Source of the DNA: Methylorubrum extorquens | GTDB taxonomy: Bacteria; Pseudomonadota; Alphaproteobacteria; Rhizobiales; Beijerinckiaceae | Direction of reading: 5' to 3' | Length of the DNA: 32,000 nt | NCBI GenBank assembly: GCA_900234795.1 | Contig: LT962688.1 | Location: forward strand, 2,130,001 to 2,162,000 | In this document: piece by piece, positions 1 to 10,405 of the stretch | Layout of the letters: each line of letters begins with the position of its first letter | How positions within the stretch are numbered: position 1 is the stretch's first letter | The notes under the pieces: model-generated | What the model saw: only the letters and a program-made list of their open reading frames with translations | Databases searched by the model: none | What the model was told of the DNA's origin: nothing | Program-made: the position numbers and the translations under genes

Positions 1-2142
<2,142 letters not shown>

Positions 2143-2273
2143 TCACCGGCTTGCAACGGACGTGCCGGCCAAGAGCCTGTCCAACTGTCCGTCACGGCGG
2201 GGCACGGACATCCCTAACGCCCGCTGCTCACGGAATCGAGAGCGGTACGCTACGGTCCGGTCTGCCGGGCGGA

Positions 2274-2293
2274 CATACGCAAAACAGCGTATG
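2274..2293. promoter_or_regulatory. Perfect inverted repeat CATACGC-N6-GCGTATG in the divergent kinase/urtA intergenic region; candidate operator.
   Basis: Read directly: catacgc (2274-2280), aaaaca, gcgtatg (2287-2293). It lies about 100 nt upstream of the urtA ATG. Confidence 0.3.
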
Positions 2294-2389
2294 GGTGCGC
2301 CGCATCATCAAGCCTAGCCTTCCCCTCGTTCGAGCACGGCCGCCGACCGGCAGAGCCGTGCCGAGACGAGATACAGGGGTTGAGGCACG

Positions 2390-3643
2390 ATGGCGGACGA
2401 CAAGAAGGGCCTGGACTCGGCCCTGCGGCGCAAGCTTCTCATGGGTCTCGCGGGGCTTCCCGCGCTGGCGATGATGCCGCGGATGGCGTTCGCCGCCGCA
2501 CCGACCTCGGCCGTCAACACGACCGGGCTCGCGGTGACCGACACGGAAGTCACGGTCGGCATCCTGCACTCGGCGACCGGCACCATGGCGATCTCCGAGA
2601 CCGGCTCGATCCAGGCCGAGAAGCTCGCGATCGCCCAGATCAACGAGATGGGCGGCGTGCTCGGCCGCAAGATCAAGGTGATCCAGGAGGACGGCGCCTC
2701 CGACTGGCCGACCTTCGCCGAGAAGGCCAAGAAGCTCCTCGTCAACGACCATTGCGCCGCGGTGATGGGCTGTTGGACCTCCGCCTCGCGCAAAGCCGCG
2801 CTGCCGGTCTTCGAGCAATATAACGGTCTGCTCTACTACCCGACCTTCTACGAGGGCCTGGAGCAGTCCAAGAACGTGATCTACACCGGCCAGGAGGCGA
2901 CGCAGCAGATCCTCGCCTCGCTCGACTGGGTCGCCAAGGAGAAGGGCGCCAAGTCGTTCTTCATGGTCGGCTCGGATTACATCTGGCCGCGCACCTCGAA
3001 CAAGATCGCCCGCAAGCATATCGAGAACGTGCTCAAGGGCACGGTCGCCGGCGAGGAATACTTCCCCCTCGGCCACACGCAGTTCAACTCGGTCATCAAC
3101 AAGATCAAGCTCAAGAAGCCGGACGTGATCTTCGCCGACGTGGTCGGCGGCTCGAACGTCGCCTTCTACAAGCAGCTCAAGGCGGCCGGTATCGACCTCA
3201 ACAAGCAGACCCTGCTGACGATCTCGGTCACCGAGGACGAGATCGACGGCATCGGCGGCGACAATATCGCCGGCGCCTATTCCTGCATGAAGTACTTCCA
3301 ATCACTGAAGAACCCGAACAACGAGAAGTTCGTCGCCGCCTTCAAGAAGATGTGGGGCGACAAGACCGTCATCGGCGACGTGACCCAGGCCGCCTATCTC
3401 GGCCCGTTCCTGTGGAAGATGGCGGTGGAGAAGGCCGGCTCCTTCGATGTCGACAAGGTCGCCGCGGCGTCCGCCGACATCGAGTTCAAGGAGGCGCCGG
3501 AAGGCTACGTGAAGGTCCACCCGAACCATCACCTCTGGTCGAAGACCCGCGTCGCCAAGGCCCTGCCGAGCGGCCAGTTCGAGGTGGTCTACGAGAGCCC
3601 CGAGCTGATCGAGCCGAACCCCTTCCCGAAGGGCTACCAGTAG
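2390..3643 (+). CDS. urtA: Urea/short-chain amide ABC transporter periplasmic binding protein (UrtA/FmdD family, PBP type I) with a Tat-type signal peptide.
   Basis: 417 aa ORF. The N-terminus LRRKLLMGLAGLPALAMMPRMAFAAA has a twin-arginine plus AxA site. VGILHSATGTMAISETGS..GCWTSASRKAALPVFE..LLYYPTFYEG matches my memory of UrtA/FmdD/AmiC-like binding proteins. It is the first gene of a urtBCDE-like set. Confidence 0.88.
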   Translation: MADDKKGLDSALRRKLLMGLAGLPALAMMPRMAFAAAPTSAVNTTGLAVTDTEVTVGILHSATGTMAISETGSIQAEKLAIAQINEMGGVLGRKIKVIQEDGASDWPTFAEKAKKLLVNDHCAAVMGCWTSASRKAALPVFEQYNGLLYYPTFYEGLEQSKNVIYTGQEATQQILASLDWVAKEKGAKSFFMVGSDYIWPRTSNKIARKHIENVLKGTVAGEEYFPLGHTQFNSVINKIKLKKPDVIFADVVGGSNVAFYKQLKAAGIDLNKQTLLTISVTEDEIDGIGGDNIAGAYSCMKYFQSLKNPNNEKFVAAFKKMWGDKTVIGDVTQAAYLGPFLWKMAVEKAGSFDVDKVAAASADIEFKEAPEGYVKVHPNHHLWSKTRVAKALPSGQFEVVYESPELIEPNPFPKGYQ

Positions 3644-3657
3644 TCGCGGACACTCCG

Positions 3658-3681
3658 GTCCCCTCCCTCGCGGGAGGGGAC
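3658..3681 (+). promoter_or_regulatory. Perfect 10-bp stem/4-nt loop hairpin just after the binding-protein gene; intercistronic attenuator or mRNA-stabilising element.
   Basis: gtcccctccc tcgc gggaggggac, 15 nt after the urtA stop. No T-tract follows. The next gene starts at 3753. Confidence 0.55.
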
Positions 3682-3752
3682 ACCCGCGATATGACGGGCG
3701 TGGCCCGACACTTGCTGCGCTCTCCCAGAAAATTCCGCCGGAGTCACAAGCC

Positions 3753-4679
3753 ATGTTCGGCGACTATTCGCTCGCAGACCTCAGCTCGATCTTCGTGATG
3801 CAGGGCTTTGCAGGTCTGATCCTGTTTTCCGTCTACGTGCTGATGGCGTTGGGTCTGGCGATCATCTTCGGCCAGATGGGCGTCATCAACATGGCCCACG
3901 GCGAGTTCATGATCCTGGGTGCCTACGTCACCTATCTCTGCTCAACTTTCTTCCAGACCTACCTGCCCTCGCTGTTCGGCGCGTATTTCTTCGTCGCCAT
4001 GGCATTGGCCTTCCTGGCCTCGGGAGCGATGGGGATGCTGGTGGAATGGGCGCTGATCCGCCACCTCTACAAGCGCCCGCTCGACACCTTGCTCGCGACC
4101 TGGGGCCTCTCGCTGATCCTGCAGCAGGCCTACCGCACGATCTTCGGCCCGCGCGAGGTCGGTGTCGAACTGCCCTCGTGGATGATGGGCTCGATCCCCG
4201 TCACCGATTCCATCGAGGTGCAGATCAACGGCCTGTTCGTGATCGCGGTCACCGCCGTCATCACCGTGGGCGTCGCGGTGCTGATGTACCGCTCGCGCTT
4301 CGGTGCGCAGATCCGCGCGGTGATGAGCAACCGCCCGATGGCGGGTGCCGTCGGCATCGATACCGAGAAGGTCGATCGCACCACCTTCGGCCTCGGCTGC
4401 GGCATCGCCGGCATTGCCGGCTCGGCCTTCACGATGATCGGCTCCACCGGGCCGACCTCGGGCCAGCTCTACATCGTCGACACCTTCCTGATCGTGGTCT
4501 TCGGCGGCGCGGCGAGCCTGCTCGGCACCATCGCCTCGGCCTTCTCGATTTCGCAGACCCAATCCACCCTCGAATTCTTCCTCTCCGGCTCGATGGCCAA
4601 GGTGCTCACCCTGCTCGCGGTGGTGGGAATCCTGATGCTGCGGCCGCAGGGCCTGTTCACCCTCAAGGTCCGTCGCTGA
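3753..4679 (+). CDS. urtB: Urea/amide ABC transporter permease (UrtB-like, LivH family).
   Basis: 308 aa, multi-TM, LivH-like (..INMAHGEFMILGAY..). GGAG lies 9 nt upstream of the ATG. Position in the operon supports the call. Confidence 0.88.
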   Translation: MFGDYSLADLSSIFVMQGFAGLILFSVYVLMALGLAIIFGQMGVINMAHGEFMILGAYVTYLCSTFFQTYLPSLFGAYFFVAMALAFLASGAMGMLVEWALIRHLYKRPLDTLLATWGLSLILQQAYRTIFGPREVGVELPSWMMGSIPVTDSIEVQINGLFVIAVTAVITVGVAVLMYRSRFGAQIRAVMSNRPMAGAVGIDTEKVDRTTFGLGCGIAGIAGSAFTMIGSTGPTSGQLYIVDTFLIVVFGGAASLLGTIASAFSISQTQSTLEFFLSGSMAKVLTLLAVVGILMLRPQGLFTLKVRR

Positions 4680-4692
4680 GGAGCGCGCCCCG

Positions 4693-5870
4693 ATGACGAA
4701 CCAGAAGACAAGTCCCATGCAGTCCCTGTCGAAGGCGGTTACCGTCAACGACAACCCCTTCATGAAGCCGGTCGAGTGGGTCAGCCTCGCGCTGCTGGCC
4801 GGCGTGATCCTGGTGGTCCTGCCGCTCGTGCTCGACGGCTTCCGCCTCAACCTCGTCGGCAAGTATCTCACCTACGCCTTCGTCGCCCTCGGCCTCGTCA
4901 TCTGCTGGGGCTATGCCGGCATCCTCTCGCTCGGCCAGGGCGTGTTCTTCGGCCTCGGCGGCTACTGCATGGCGATGTACTTGAAGCTGGAGGCTTCGAG
5001 CGTCGAAAATACGAAAATCCAGTCAACGCCGGGCATTCCCGACTTCATGGACTGGAACCAGATCACGGAGCTTCCGTGGTTCTGGCACCCGTTCCAGAGT
5101 CTGCCGCTGACGCTGCTCCTCGTCGTCGCGGTGCCGGTGGCCTTCGCCTTCCTCATCTCGGTGGCGATGTTCAAGCGCCGCGTCGGCGGCACCTACTTCG
5201 CCATCATCACCCAGGCCATCGCCGCGATCCTGACGATCCTGATCGTTGGCCAGCAGGGCTACACCGGCGGCATCAACGGCATCACCGATCTGCGCACCCT
5301 CCACGGCTGGGACATCCGCCAGGATAGCGCGAAGTTCGTCCTCTACTTCGTCAATGGCGGCCTGCTGATCGGCTGCATCCTGATGGCGCAGTACGTGAAG
5401 AAGTCGAAGCTCGGCCGCATCCTCGTCGCCATGCGCGAAAAGGAGGACCGGGTCCGGTTCTCGGGCTACTCGGTGGCGGGCTTCAAGGTGTTCGCCTACT
5501 GCCTCGCGGCGGCCTTCGCGGCGATCGGCGGGGCGATGTTCACCCTCCAGGTCGGGTTCATGTCGCCCTCCTTCGTCGGCATCGTGCCCTCGGTCGAGAT
5601 GGTGATCTACACCGCGGTCGGCGGGCGCCTCTCGCTCTTCGGCGCAGTCTGGGGGACGCTGCTGGTCAACTGGGCCAAGACGAGCTTCTCCGAATCCTTC
5701 CCCGACCTCTGGCTGTTCGGCCTCGGCGGCCTGTTCATCGCCGTGGTGCTGATCTTCCCCAACGGTCTCGCCGGCATCTGGCGCGAGCACATCGAACCCC
5801 GCCTGTTCCGCAAGGCCAAAGGTCTGGCGCCCGTCGCCGGCCCCGCCCTGCCCCACGGCACCCCGGCCGA

Positions 5871-5874
<4 letters not shown>
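4693..5874 (+). CDS. urtC: Urea/amide ABC transporter permease (UrtC-like, LivM family).
   Basis: 393 aa, multi-TM, LivM-like (..GILSLGQGVFFGLGGY..). GAGGAG lies upstream of the ATG. It follows urtB after 13 nt. Confidence 0.88.
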
Positions 5875-6674
<800 letters not shown>

Positions 6675-6687
6675 GGGCGAACGGATC

Positions 6688-7434
6688 ATGCTCCAGACTT
6701 CCCCCTTCCCGCTCGTGCCGCCGGTCGTGCCCGGCACCCAAGCCATGCTGTCGATCTCCGACCTCCACTCGGCTTACGGCCAGAGCGAGGTGCTGCACGG
6801 CATCGACCTCGACGTCGCACCGGGCGAGATCGTCGCCGTGATGGGCCGTAACGGCATGGGCAAGTCGACGCTCATGAAGACGCTGATGGGTATCGTGCCG
6901 ACCAAGTCCGGCACGATCACCGTGGACGGCACCGACGTCACCAGCCTGAAGAGCCATGCCCGCGTGGCCAAGGGGCTGGCCTACGTGCCGCAGGGCCGGA
7001 TGATCTTCTCCACCATGACGGTGCAGGAGAACATCGAGACGGGCCTCACCGTCACCGGTTCGCGCAAGGTGCCGCAGGATCTCTACACGATGTTCCCGGT
7101 GCTGCTGGAGATGAAGGGCCGGCGCGGCGGCAACCTGTCGGGCGGCCAGCAGCAGCAGCTCGCCATCGCCCGGGCGCTCGCCAGCAAGCCGAAGGTTCTG
7201 CTTCTCGACGAGCCGACCGAGGGTATTCAACCCTCGATTATTCGCGAAATGGGGCGTACGCTGAAGAAGATTCGCGACGAGCGCGGTCTGTCGATCGTCG
7301 TCTCGGAGCAAGTGCTGAGCTTTGCCATGGACGTGGCCGACCGGGTTCTCGTGATCGAGAACGGCTCGATCGTCCACGAGAGTCTGCGTGCCGACATCGA
7401 CGAGGCGCAGGTCGCCCGCTTCCTCTCGGTCTGA
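6688..7434 (+). CDS. urtE: Urea/amide ABC transporter ATP-binding protein (UrtE-like, LivF family).
   Basis: Walker A GRNGMGKST, signature LSGGQQQQLAIARAL, Walker B LLLDEP. An alternative start at the ATG at 6745 (MLSISDL..) would give the usual ~230 aa length. Confidence 0.88.
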   Translation: MLQTSPFPLVPPVVPGTQAMLSISDLHSAYGQSEVLHGIDLDVAPGEIVAVMGRNGMGKSTLMKTLMGIVPTKSGTITVDGTDVTSLKSHARVAKGLAYVPQGRMIFSTMTVQENIETGLTVTGSRKVPQDLYTMFPVLLEMKGRRGGNLSGGQQQQLAIARALASKPKVLLLDEPTEGIQPSIIREMGRTLKKIRDERGLSIVVSEQVLSFAMDVADRVLVIENGSIVHESLRADIDEAQVARFLSV

Positions 7435-7445
7435 GGATCTTCGCG

Positions 7446-8462
7446 ATGGCCGATTACGAGATCTTCGAGCTCGGCGACATCGTCCTGCAGTCGAAGCAGA
7501 CGATCCGTGGGGCGCGGCTCGCCTACAAGACCTACGGCACGCTCAACGCCGCGAAGGACAACGTCATCGTCTATCCCTGCTGGTATTCCGGCACGCATCT
7601 GGAGAACGAGTGGCTGATCGGGCCGGGCAAGGCGCTCGATCCGGACCGGTACTTCATCATCGTGCCGAACATGTTCGGCAACGGATTGTCGTCCTCGCCG
7701 AGCAACACGCCGGTACCCTTCAACGGGCCGCGCTTTCCCAAGGTCACGGCCTACGACAACGTGGTGCAGCAGCACCGGCTGGTGACGGAGGTCTTCGGCA
7801 TCGAGCGGATCAAGCTCGTCACCGGCTGGTCGATGGGCGCGCTCCAGACCTTCCACTGGGGCGCGATCTTCCCGGACATGGTCGAGCGCATCCTGCCGTT
7901 CCAGGGCTCGGCCAAGTGCTCGCGGCACAACTTCGTCTTCCTGGAGGGCGTCAAGGCGGCACTCCAGGCTGACGCCGCCTTTGCCGATGGGTTCTACGCC
8001 GAACAGCCGCAGAAGGGCCTGCGCGCCGCCGCCCGGGTCTATGCCGGCTGGGGCTTCTCGCAGACCTTCTACCGGGTCGAGGCCGACCTGAAGCAGATGG
8101 GCTACGCCTCGCTCGAAGACTTCCTCGTCGGCTTCTGGGAAGGCTGGCTGCTCGAAAAGGATGCCAACAACCTGCTCGCCATGCTCTGGACTTGGCAGAA
8201 CGGCGACATCTCCGCCAACGACCTCTACGGCGGTGATCTCAAGAAGGCGCTCGGCGCGATCAAGGCCAAAGCCTTCGTGATGCCGGCCTCGACCGACCTG
8301 TATTTCCCACCCGAAGACAGCGCTATCGAGGTCGAGCACATGCCGAACGCGGAGCTGCGCACGGTCGAGACCTATTGGGGCCACTTCGCCGGCGGCCCCG
8401 GTACCTCGCCCGAAGACATCAAGGTGCTGGACGCGGCGCTGAAGGAGCTGCTCGCCAGCTGA
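7446..8462 (+). CDS. Alpha/beta-fold hydrolase/acyltransferase of the MetX (homoserine O-acetyltransferase)-like family.
   Basis: 338 aa. The nucleophile elbow GWSMG lies in VTGWSMGALQTFHW. The N-terminal ..ARLAYKTYGTLNAAKDNVIVYPCWYSGTH.. resembles MetX-type proteins. GAGGA lies 8 nt upstream of the ATG. Confidence 0.7.
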   Translation: MADYEIFELGDIVLQSKQTIRGARLAYKTYGTLNAAKDNVIVYPCWYSGTHLENEWLIGPGKALDPDRYFIIVPNMFGNGLSSSPSNTPVPFNGPRFPKVTAYDNVVQQHRLVTEVFGIERIKLVTGWSMGALQTFHWGAIFPDMVERILPFQGSAKCSRHNFVFLEGVKAALQADAAFADGFYAEQPQKGLRAAARVYAGWGFSQTFYRVEADLKQMGYASLEDFLVGFWEGWLLEKDANNLLAMLWTWQNGDISANDLYGGDLKKALGAIKAKAFVMPASTDLYFPPEDSAIEVEHMPNAELRTVETYWGHFAGGPGTSPEDIKVLDAALKELLAS

Positions 8463-8625
8463 ACCACCAGCGGGGCGCCCCGGCGACCCGCCCGAACCGA
8501 TCCGGTGCCGACCCGCGCCGGATGAACGAAGAACGACAACAACGATCCACGGGGGCGGCCGGACCAGCACCGGACACGCAACGGGGACGGCTGCCAAAAA
8601 TCCGGACAGTAAAGGAGTAAAGGAA

Positions 8626-9857
8626 ATGCCCGAGACCCTGATCAAGGTCGATCTCACGCAGTCGGCCTACGACAACGACATGGTGCACAACCGCTGGCAC
8701 CCGGACATCCCGATGGTCGCGACCGTGAAGCCCGGCGACGACTTCATCGTCGAGACCTATGACTGGACCGGCGGCTTCATCAAGAACAACGATTCCGCCG
8801 ACGACGTGCGCGACATCGATCTGTCGATCGTGCACTTCCTGTCCGGCCCGATCGGCGTCGAGGGTGCCGAGCCCGGCGACCTGCTCGTGGTCGATCTGCT
8901 CGATATCGGCGCCAAGCCCGAGAGCCAGTGGGGCTTCAACGGCTTCTTCTCGAAGAACAATGGCGGCGGCTTTCTCGACGAGCACTTCCCCCCAGGCCCA
9001 GAAGTCGATCTGGGATTTCGAGGGCATGTTCACCAAGTCGCGCCACGTGCCCGGCGTGCGCTTCCCCGGCCTGATCCATCCCGGCCTGATCGGCTGTCTG
9101 CCCGATCCGAAGATGCTGGAGACCTGGAACACCCGCGAGAAGGCGCTCTACGACACCAACCCGAGCCGGGTGCCGGCGCTGGCCACCCTCCCCTTCGGCC
9201 CGACCGCGCATATGGGCCGGTTGAAGGGTGACGCGAAGGACAACGCCGCAGCCACGGGCGCCCGCACGGTGCCGGGACGTGAGCATGGCGGCAATTGCGA
9301 CATCAAGGATCTGTCGCGCGGCTCGAAAATCTACTTCCCCCGTCTACGTTCCCGGCGCCGGCCTCTCGATGGGCGACCTGCATTTCAGCCAGGGCGACGG
9401 TGAGATCACCTTCTGCGGCGCCATCGAGATGGCGGGCTGGGTCCACCTCAAGGTCAGCCTGATCAAGGACGGCATGGCCAAGTACGGGATCAAGAACCCG
9501 ATCTTCAAGCCGTCGCCGATCACCCCGAAATACGACGATCACCTGATCTTCGAGGGTGTCTCGGTCGACGAGTATGGCAAGCAGCATTACCTCGACGTCA
9601 CGGTCGCCTACCGCCAAGCCTGCCTCAACGCGATCGAGTACCTGAAGAAGTTCGGCTACTCGGGCGCCCAGGCCTACTCGATCCTCGGCACCGCCCCGGT
9701 CCAGGGCCACATCTCCGGCGTCGTCGATATCCCGAACGCCTGCGCCACGCTCTGGATTCCGACCGGCATCTTCGACTTCGACATCAACCCGTCCGAGGCC
9801 GGGCCGACGAAGTTCCTCGACGGCTCGATCCAGATGCCGCTCTCGCCGGATCTCTGA
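8626..9857 (+). pseudogene. fmdA: Formamidase FmdA (acetamidase/formamidase family), interrupted by two +1 frame shifts as the sequence stands.
   Basis: Three consecutive frames each carry collinear FmdA sequence. Frame 1, 8626-~8991: MPETLIKVDL..HNRWHPDIPMVATVKPGDDF..GGGFLDEHFP. Frame 2, ~8993-~9340: QAQKSIWDFEGMFTKSRHVPGVRFPGLIHPGLIGCLP..GGNCDIKDLSRGSKIYFP. Frame 3, 9342-9857: VYVPGAGLSMGDLHFSQGDGEITFCGAIEMAGW..NACATLWIPTGIFDFD. Removing one C from each C-run (8988-8993 and 9337-9341) gives a 409-aa protein, as I recall for Methylophilus FmdA. A strong RBS (AAAGGAG..AAAGGAAATG) is present. Confidence 0.85.
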
Positions 9858-9864
9858 ATCTCTT

Positions 9865-9893
9865 GGTTTGCCGCCCTCTCCGGGCGGCAAACC
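9865..9893 (+). promoter_or_regulatory. Perfect 12-bp stem/5-nt loop hairpin between fmdA and fmdB.
   Basis: ggtttgccgccc tctcc gggcggcaaacc begins 8 nt after the fmdA stop. No T-tract follows. fmdB starts at 9922. Confidence 0.55.
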
Positions 9894-9921
9894 GCACACA
9901 CTTTGCCTGAGAGCGTTTGCG

Positions 9922-10239
9922 ATGCCGGTCTACGATTACGCCTGCGAGAGCTGTGGTCCGTTCACGGTGCTGCGCCCGATGGCGCAGTTCAAGGACCCGC
10001 ATGACTGCCCGGATTGCGGCGGGGAATGCCAGCGCGCCTTCCTCACCGCCCCGCGGATCTCTGGCATGGATGCCGGCCTCAAGGCCGCCCACGCCACCAA
10101 CGAGCGCAGCCGCCACGAGCCGCGGCGCTCCGGTGCCCACGGGGCCGGCTGCGGCTGCTGCTCGCCGAAGAAGACGTCCGCCGCACCCGCGGCGGCCAAG
10201 AGCTTCCCGAACGCGCGGCCCTGGATGATCAGCCACTGA
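9922..10239 (+). CDS. fmdB: FmdB-family zinc-ribbon putative regulatory protein.
   Basis: MPVYDYACESCGPFTVLRPMAQFKDPHDCPDCGGECQRAF is the canonical FmdB CxxC..CxxC ribbon. The track ORF begins at 9868, but the family N-terminus is MPVYDY (ATG 9922). The gene sits right after fmdA, as in the Methylophilus fmd cluster. Confidence 0.85.
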   Translation: MPVYDYACESCGPFTVLRPMAQFKDPHDCPDCGGECQRAFLTAPRISGMDAGLKAAHATNERSRHEPRRSGAHGAGCGCCSPKKTSAAPAAAKSFPNARPWMISH

Positions 10240-10405
10240 TCGAACGGCCGTCTCGGCGGCGGGCGCCCGGTGTGCCCGTCGCTCAACATCCGGAAGGATG
10301 GATCGAACCGAAGAACAGCTCCGCGAGGGAGCCGCCGGCCGCGACACGACAAGCGGGACGAACCCTGTGGGCAGGCCGGCGCAGAGGACGGGTTGGGGAC
10401 TGACG

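Noticed and set aside
7227-8657. Long antisense ORFs: 7227-8657(-), 10283-12130(-), 2228-3301(-), 12242-13078(-), 15000-16571(+), 16469-17413(+), 19465-20472(+), 23940-24854(+), 26769-27614(+), plus the many 60-200 aa ORFs overlapping called genes.
   Set aside because: Each overlaps, on the opposite strand or in another frame, a gene with unmistakable family motifs. Their products are Arg/Gly/Pro/Asp-rich with no recognisable domains.
8985-9345. The idea that the two fmdA shifts are programmed +1 ribosomal frameshift sites.
   Set aside because: No slow or stop codon follows the slippery codon, as it does in prfB-type sites (the next zero-frame codons are CCA and CGT). I saw no upstream Shine-Dalgarno-like stimulator. 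Needing two such events in one gene is improbable. Homopolymer error or a recent mutation is simpler. It is kept only as a minor alternative in the finding.
9868-9921. An 18-codon N-terminal extension of fmdB in the ORF track, and similar upstream extensions of the porin (10298), AS amidase (15132), binding protein (20550) and receiver (22099).
   Set aside because: The family-typical N-termini or signal peptides begin at internal ATGs with better ribosome-binding sites. The extensions are Arg/Gly/Pro-rich, and the one at 9868 overlaps the fmdA-fmdB hairpin.
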